Shown here piece by piece: positions 58,537 through 64,000 of a stretch of DNA of 64,000 nucleotides. The notes under the pieces were generated by a model, which saw nothing but the letters and a program-made list of their open reading frames with translations, did not search any database and had not been told where the DNA came from. Each line of letters starts with the position of its first letter. Position 1 is the stretch's first letter. Source of the stretch: Reclinomonas americana ATCC 50394 (lineage: Eukaryota); assembly GCA_048213135.1 (NCBI GenBank), contig PS015109.1:71413-135412 (forward strand), read 5' to 3'. The position numbers and the translations under genes are program-made.

Positions 58537-61500
58537 ATGCAACACACAAATGCCACGTTGATTCGCTCACTTATTCACTCAGTCACTCACACACACACAC
58601 ACTCACACACACAAGCACTCAGTCACTCACTCACATGCACACACTTTCTCACTCTCGCATTTACATGTGCACAATCAATCACTGATTTCCTCCCCCTTGT
58701 CTCACTCCTTCTCTTCTTCTCCATCTCTCACTCACTCTCTGGCTCACTCTCCCTCCCCCTTGTCTCCTTTCCCTCTCTTCTTCTCCCTCTCTCACTCACT
58801 CACTCACCCTGCCCCCGCTCATTGCCTTTTCCTTTCTCTTTCCCTCCCTTCTCTCACTCACTCACTCCCACAGCACACCGCCGGCATCACCCTCAAGCGA
58901 CACCTCGTCCACCCCCGTCGCCACCCACTCCACGCCCTTCCTGCTCATTCACCAGTCGACCTCCTCTCCCACCACCGCCAGCGAAGAGCACGGACTTCTC
59001 CTCGGCCAACCCGTTCTCCGTCGTCGCAGTCGCAGTGCCAGTCGCCGGGGTGCACTTGAGGACCTCTCTCCAGCAGTCGCCGTCACTGTTGTAGCGCCCT
59101 TTGCACTTGTTATTGACAGTGCAAGAGAGGAAGGAGAAGAGGAGGAAGAGGCTGAAGAGGAGGAGGAGGAGAACAGCAGCGCCAACAGCGAGCTGGATCG
59201 ACGACAACTCATCGCCAGTGATCTCTACTCGTCGGTCGGAGCAGCAGAGTGGTTGCGTGATTCTCTCCTCCTTCTGCGTCTCCTCCTTCTCCTTGCTCTT
59301 GTGCTTCTTCTTCTTTTCGTTCTTGTTCTTCTCCTTCTTGTTGTTGTTCTTCTTCTTCTTTGTCTTCTTCTTCTTCTCCTCCTCCTTCTTCCTCTTCCTC
59401 TTCTTCTTCTTCTTCCTTCTCCTTTCTTCTCCTTCTTGCTGTCTTTTCATTTCCTTTTCCTCATCCTTCTTTCCTTCTCCTCTTCTCTTCTTTCTCCTCC
59501 TCCTCCTCTTTCTCCACCACCTCCTCCTCCTCCTCCTCCTCCTCCNNNNNNNNNNNNNNNNNNNNNNNNNNNNNNNNNNNNNNNNNNNNNNNNNNNNNNN
59601 NNNNNNNNNNNNNNNNNNNNNNNNNNNNNNNNNNNNNNNNNNNNNNNNNNNNNNNNNNNNNNNNNNNNNNNNNNNNNNNNNNNNNNNNNNNNNNNNNNNN
59701 NNNNNNNNNNNNNNNNNNNNNNNNNNNNNNNNNNNNNNNNNNNNNNNNNNNNNNNNNNNNNNNNNNNNNNNNNNNNNNNNNNNNNNNNNNNNNNNNNNNN
59801 NNNNNNNNNNNNNNNNNNNNNNNNNNNNNNNNNNNNNNNNNNNNNNNNNNNNNNNNNNNNNNNNNNNNNNNNNNNNNNNNNNNNNNNNNNNNNNNNNNNN
59901 NNNNNNNNNNNNNNNNNNNNNNNNNNNNNNNNNNNNNNNNNNNNNNNNNNNNNNNNNNNNNNNNNNNACCCTCGACGTACTTGTGCAGGTGATCCACCAC
60001 CGCGCTAAAGTCGGCAAATGAATCCGCGAACCGGCCATTCCGGTAGTCGAGCAGGCCTGTTGCACAGTGAGATATTACTCTCCTTACTCTCCGTTGCCTT
60101 TTCCCCAATGACGCACCCTTGACCGTCATCACCATGCAGTACTCGAGCAGGGTGCCGAACGGCTCGAGAATGAACTCATTGGCGTCGGTGATGTTGAGCG
60201 GAATCACCACCACGGTCTGTCCGCACTGCGCTGGGGGGTGGAAGGCACTGCTGTCGAGGATGGTGGCCGCCTCGGCGAGATCATTCAGCGCGAGGTGGCA
60301 CTCGGCGAGCAGGGCCACCGCACGCTGCGCGAGGCTCAGACCGGATGCATCGACAAACAACCAACCAAAACAGACAAACAAGAAATCACCTCCGAGTTCG
60401 CATGCTGCACCATGGTGGCCTCGAGCACATCCTTGGCCGCACGCACCGTCGACAGCGCTGCACGGCGGGCCTCCGANNNNNNNNNNNNNNNNNNNNNNNN
60501 NNNNNNNNNNNNNNNNNNNNNNNNNNNNNNNNNNNNNNNNNNNNNNNNNNNNNNNNNNNNNNNNNNNNNNNNNNNNNNNNNNNNNNNNNNNNNNNNNNNN
60601 NNNNNNNNNNNNNNNNNNNNNNNNNNNNNNNNNNNNNNNNNNNNNNNNNNNNNNNNNNNNNNNNNNNNNNNNNNNNNNNNNNNNNNNNNNNNNNNNNNNN
60701 NNNNNNNNNNNNNNNNNNNNNNNNNNNNNNNNNNNNNNNNNNNNNNNNNNNNNNNNNNNNNNNNNNNNNNNNNNNNNNNNNNNNNNNNNNNNNNNNNNNN
60801 NNNNNNNNNNNNNNNNNNNNNNNNNNNNNNNNNNNNNNNNNNNNNNNNNNNNNNNNNNNNNNNNNNNNNNNNNNNNNNNNNNNNNNNNNNNNNNNNNNNN
60901 NNNNNNNNNNNNNNNNNNNNNNNNNNNNNNNNNNNNNNNNNNNNNNNNNNNNNNNNNNNNNNNNNNNNNNNNNNNNNNNNNNNNNNNNNNNNNNNNNNNN
61001 NNNNNNNNNNNNNNNNNNNNNNNNNNNNNNNNNNNNNNNNNNNNNNNNNNNNNNNNNNNNNNNNNNNNNNNNNNNNNNNNNNNNNNNNNNNNNNNNNNNN
61101 NNNNNNNNNNNNNNNNNNNNNNNNNNNNNNNNNNNNNNNNNNNNNNNNNNNNNNNNNNNNNNNNNNNNNNNNNNNNNNNNGTCGCGGGGGGCTTGTCGTC
61201 GCGTGTCTTGCTCATCGTGCATGTGTGTCACACAGATTCATGGATCGGCTGACACCGCGTGTGTTGGAGCGTGTGCAACCATTTTTCGCCTGGCATCTCG
61301 AGCAGGCACTCCTATACACTCCCCTGGCTGCTCACCGCTCTGGGTACGCCCGGTACATTTTTGTGTGTTTTGCTGTCCACTTATTTTTCTTCTCAGCGAG
61401 TCCGCGATGACGGTCCTGCAATTGCATCGCGAGGGCCTCTCCTTCCCCTACAAGTTGCACAAACGTGCGCGGTGGCTGCAGCTCTTCAACTGCGCCGAGC

Positions 61501-63546
61501 ACTTGCTGTATCACATGACCGAGGAGATGTACACGGCCGAGGGCTTTGGGTCGCATGTCGGCAGCGTGGCGAACGCCATGTAAGTGACTCTCTGCGTCCT
61601 TGTGCGTCAAGTGCGAATTGCTCATCTGCCTCTGGCAGCACGATTGAGCGGCCTTCGAGCGCGCTCGAGGAGACCGTGGGTGTGTTGTTGCTTCTGGAAC
61701 GTGAACTCACCGGTTTTGAGGCGGAGATGGTGCATCACATTGTTGTTGAATTGCTTCATCTGCTTTCCCACTCTCACCTTGTGCGCTCCCGACGCAGGCC
61801 ATATCTCGTGAGTCTGTGTACTGCATGCTCACCGATGCACTGATTCGCACCGGTCAGCGAGTGCAGCTGCGACGAGTTGCGTGCACATTTCATAGACTTG
61901 CGCAGGCCATTGACATCTACTCACTGCAAAATCAGCTGCTGGAGGACTCGCTGAGTGTGTGCTTCTCCGAGTCTCGCCGCGTGCAATATCGCTACATCAT
62001 GTCACTGTTTGGCACGCACGAGTATCGGCACTGCCTGCGGGTACTCAAGGAGCATCGCAATCTCATCGATCGGTACGAGGCGCCAGGTGCCGCGCGCAAC
62101 AGCACCCTGTGCTCCCTCGACATGTTCAAGTGCAAGATCCTCGTCAACGTGTTCGGGCAGGTGAGCGGCCTCTATGCATGATTGCATGCAGCACTGCCTG
62201 TGCGTGTGTGCATCTCAACGTAGAGTGTGTCGCGCAGCATGCCACCGCGTGGGACGTTGTGAATCAAATGCAAACATTGCCGCCACCACCGCATCTGCAC
62301 GTGTTGTGCGCGTACGCCGAGGCGCTGTGCATGTGGCACTCGGCCAGTGCTCAAGGTTGGTGTATGCATGCTTGCAGGTTTTGTTTCTTTCCTTACTGTT
62401 CTGACGCGGCACTCCTGCGCCAGAGGGTTCGTTCCAGAAGCAAATCGCCTTCCGAGAGACTGCCGTGCGCGCGTTCCACAACATTTACGAATCGAGCCCG
62501 CTGTCGCACAACTATGGGCGTGCATTCGCGCTCACACTGGCCTCCTGCCGTCAAGTGCGCGAGGCCGCCGAGCAGTGCCAGCGGTGTCTGGAGATGGTCC
62601 CCGTGCCGGCGCAGACATGGATTTTGACGGGCATGGTGCTCACCGCAGCCAAGATGCCATCGGCAGCCCTCGAAGTGATCCACACCGCACTGGAGGATCA
62701 TCCGCTTGACTTGGGGTGCGTTTCAGTTTTATTAATGGATGTGCGCGCCAAGCTCACCATTGTGCAGACTTTACTTCCTGCGAGGATGCGTCGAATTCCA
62801 GCTCGAGCTTCATGAGCAGAGCTTGTCAACCTTTCGCGAGTTGCTGCAACTGGTCACCGATCGGTTCCAGCTCGCCGCCGTTGACTCTATTGACCGACAG
62901 TTGAGTGCTCGTTTGTGTGTGTGAGGGTGCATGCCCACTGCAATAATGTGACCTGATATGTTCGTGCGTTGCGTAGTCCGGTTCTCGAGCACTCCATGGA
63001 AGAGGAATGGGAGTGCCGTGATCGGACCACGGTGTGGACTTGCGGAAGTGGTGAGACTCGTTCCGCATGCGCGAGAGAATGTGGCAGAGCCATGCGCTCA
63101 TTCTTCCTTGTGTGCAGTTCTCGACACCTCGAGCCCGGCTGTGCGCGTCGGCATTGCAAAACTGCTGACGCAACTCAGCCAGTGGTTCCTGGCACTCGAT
63201 GAGCACGACGATGCGCGAGTGGCTGCCGCACGAGCCAACGCACTGAGTCCCAACTCGGCCGACTGTCGGTTCACTGTGCGTGTGTTCTTATTCTGAACTC
63301 TTGACTCCTCCTGACCCTGACCCGTGTTGTGCTGGCGAAAAATAGATCGGCCTTCTGCAACTGCATCAGGGATACCAAGAGGAGGCGCTGCAGGACTTTG
63401 AGCGTGCAACATCGCAGAGCGCGCCGCATTGCCAGGCTCACGTGGAGACCGGGCGCATCTTTGCACAATTCGGTCGCTTGCACTTGGCGCGACATCACCT
63501 CGTGCAAGCCATTCGCATCAACATGTTTTCCCACGAAGCATGGTGC
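58537..63546 (+). CDS. TTC7/Ypp1-like TPR protein (PI4-kinase complex scaffold); incomplete, internal segment 59968-60477 on the opposite strand
   Basis: Exon 58874-59251 ends LDRRQLIASDLYSSVGAAEW. Downstream exons give LEQALLY, PSSALEETVGVLLLLE, LLEDSLSVCFSE, TPR helices (TWILTGMVLTA, ARAAAARANALSPNS-like) and LARHHLVQAIRINMFSHEAW, resembling the TTC7 layout. Start codon tentative; last exon not seen. Confidence 0.65.
59270..59545. repeat. (TTC/TCC)n pyrimidine microsatellite, intronic
   Basis: TTC and CTC triplet runs follow the donor at 59252 and lead into an N gap. Confidence 0.9.
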
Positions 63547-63552
63547 GGTGCT

Positions 63553-63553
<1 letters not shown>

Positions 63554-63610
<57 letters not shown>

Positions 63611-63630
63611 ACCTCTCTCTCTCTCTCTCA
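63554..63630. repeat. (CA)n followed by (CT)n microsatellite
   Basis: Direct reading of the sequence. Confidence 0.95.
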
Positions 63631-64000
63631 CTCGTCCCCTCTCCACTCACGNNNNNNNNNNNNNNNNNNNNAGGGAAACAAGGAACGAGGAGGAGACAAA
63701 CCGGCCAGTCATGCGCCACGAGACACGCACAAGCAAGGACCCTCACGGGCAACACTCTCACCGCGTGCGTGCGCATCACCCCGCGACACGTAATGACTGG
63801 CAAACCCAACCCCGCCCTCCACATCCTCCCCCACCAAAACAACAACAACCGTCATCCCGTGACCTCGTGGCACCCACTTGATTGTCGTCCACCGTCACCG
63901 GCACACACCAACGGAGCAGGAAAAAAAACGAGAACAGAATCACCCCAAATCACACATTATGCCGAGTGGCCAATCTTGGAGGCATACTCCTCGTGACGTT

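Noticed and set aside
58893-59545. Minus-strand ORF with Lys/Glu-rich region and apparent TM helix
   Set aside because: Antisense shadow of a plus-strand exon (poly-Glu) and a pyrimidine-rich intron; the plus frame has proper acceptor and donor sites.
63672-64000. Possible 3' end of another minus-strand gene (…HEEYASKIGHSA*)
   Set aside because: Too short and truncated by the window edge to support a call.

Overview
Intron-rich, GC-rich nuclear DNA from a unicellular eukaryote (spliceosomal introns, CT/CA microsatellites, many N gaps, 454-type read-end junk). The organism cannot be named from this window. No rRNA, tRNA, CRISPR or transposase was found. I reconstructed about 10 spliced genes by hand: (1) a fibrocystin-L-like TIG/PA14 surface protein fused to at least 3 degenerate spherulin-4/GH135 domains, running off the left edge; (2) a type II membrane glycosyltransferase with two tandem GT77 (RRA-like) domains; (3) an orphan protein; (4) a probable catalytically dead RNA 5'-triphosphatase (RNGTT/DUSP11-like); (5) a CDK11/PITSLRE kinase; (6) a ~27 kb polycystin-1-like receptor with at least 8 FN3-like domains carrying inserted NHL propellers, a new Cys-containing repeat, EGF, REJ, an intact GPS and ~5 TM helices, but no PLAT or channel domain; (7) Tom7; (8) an F-box protein; (9) a Crinkler-type NTPase/nuclease protein; (10) a TTC7/Ypp1-like TPR protein with an internal segment on the opposite strand. 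A window-wide oddity is a frequent 5' splice-site class GTTGCG, a one-nucleotide-shifted version of the local GTGCG/GTACG donors. All family assignments come from motif recognition, not database searches.
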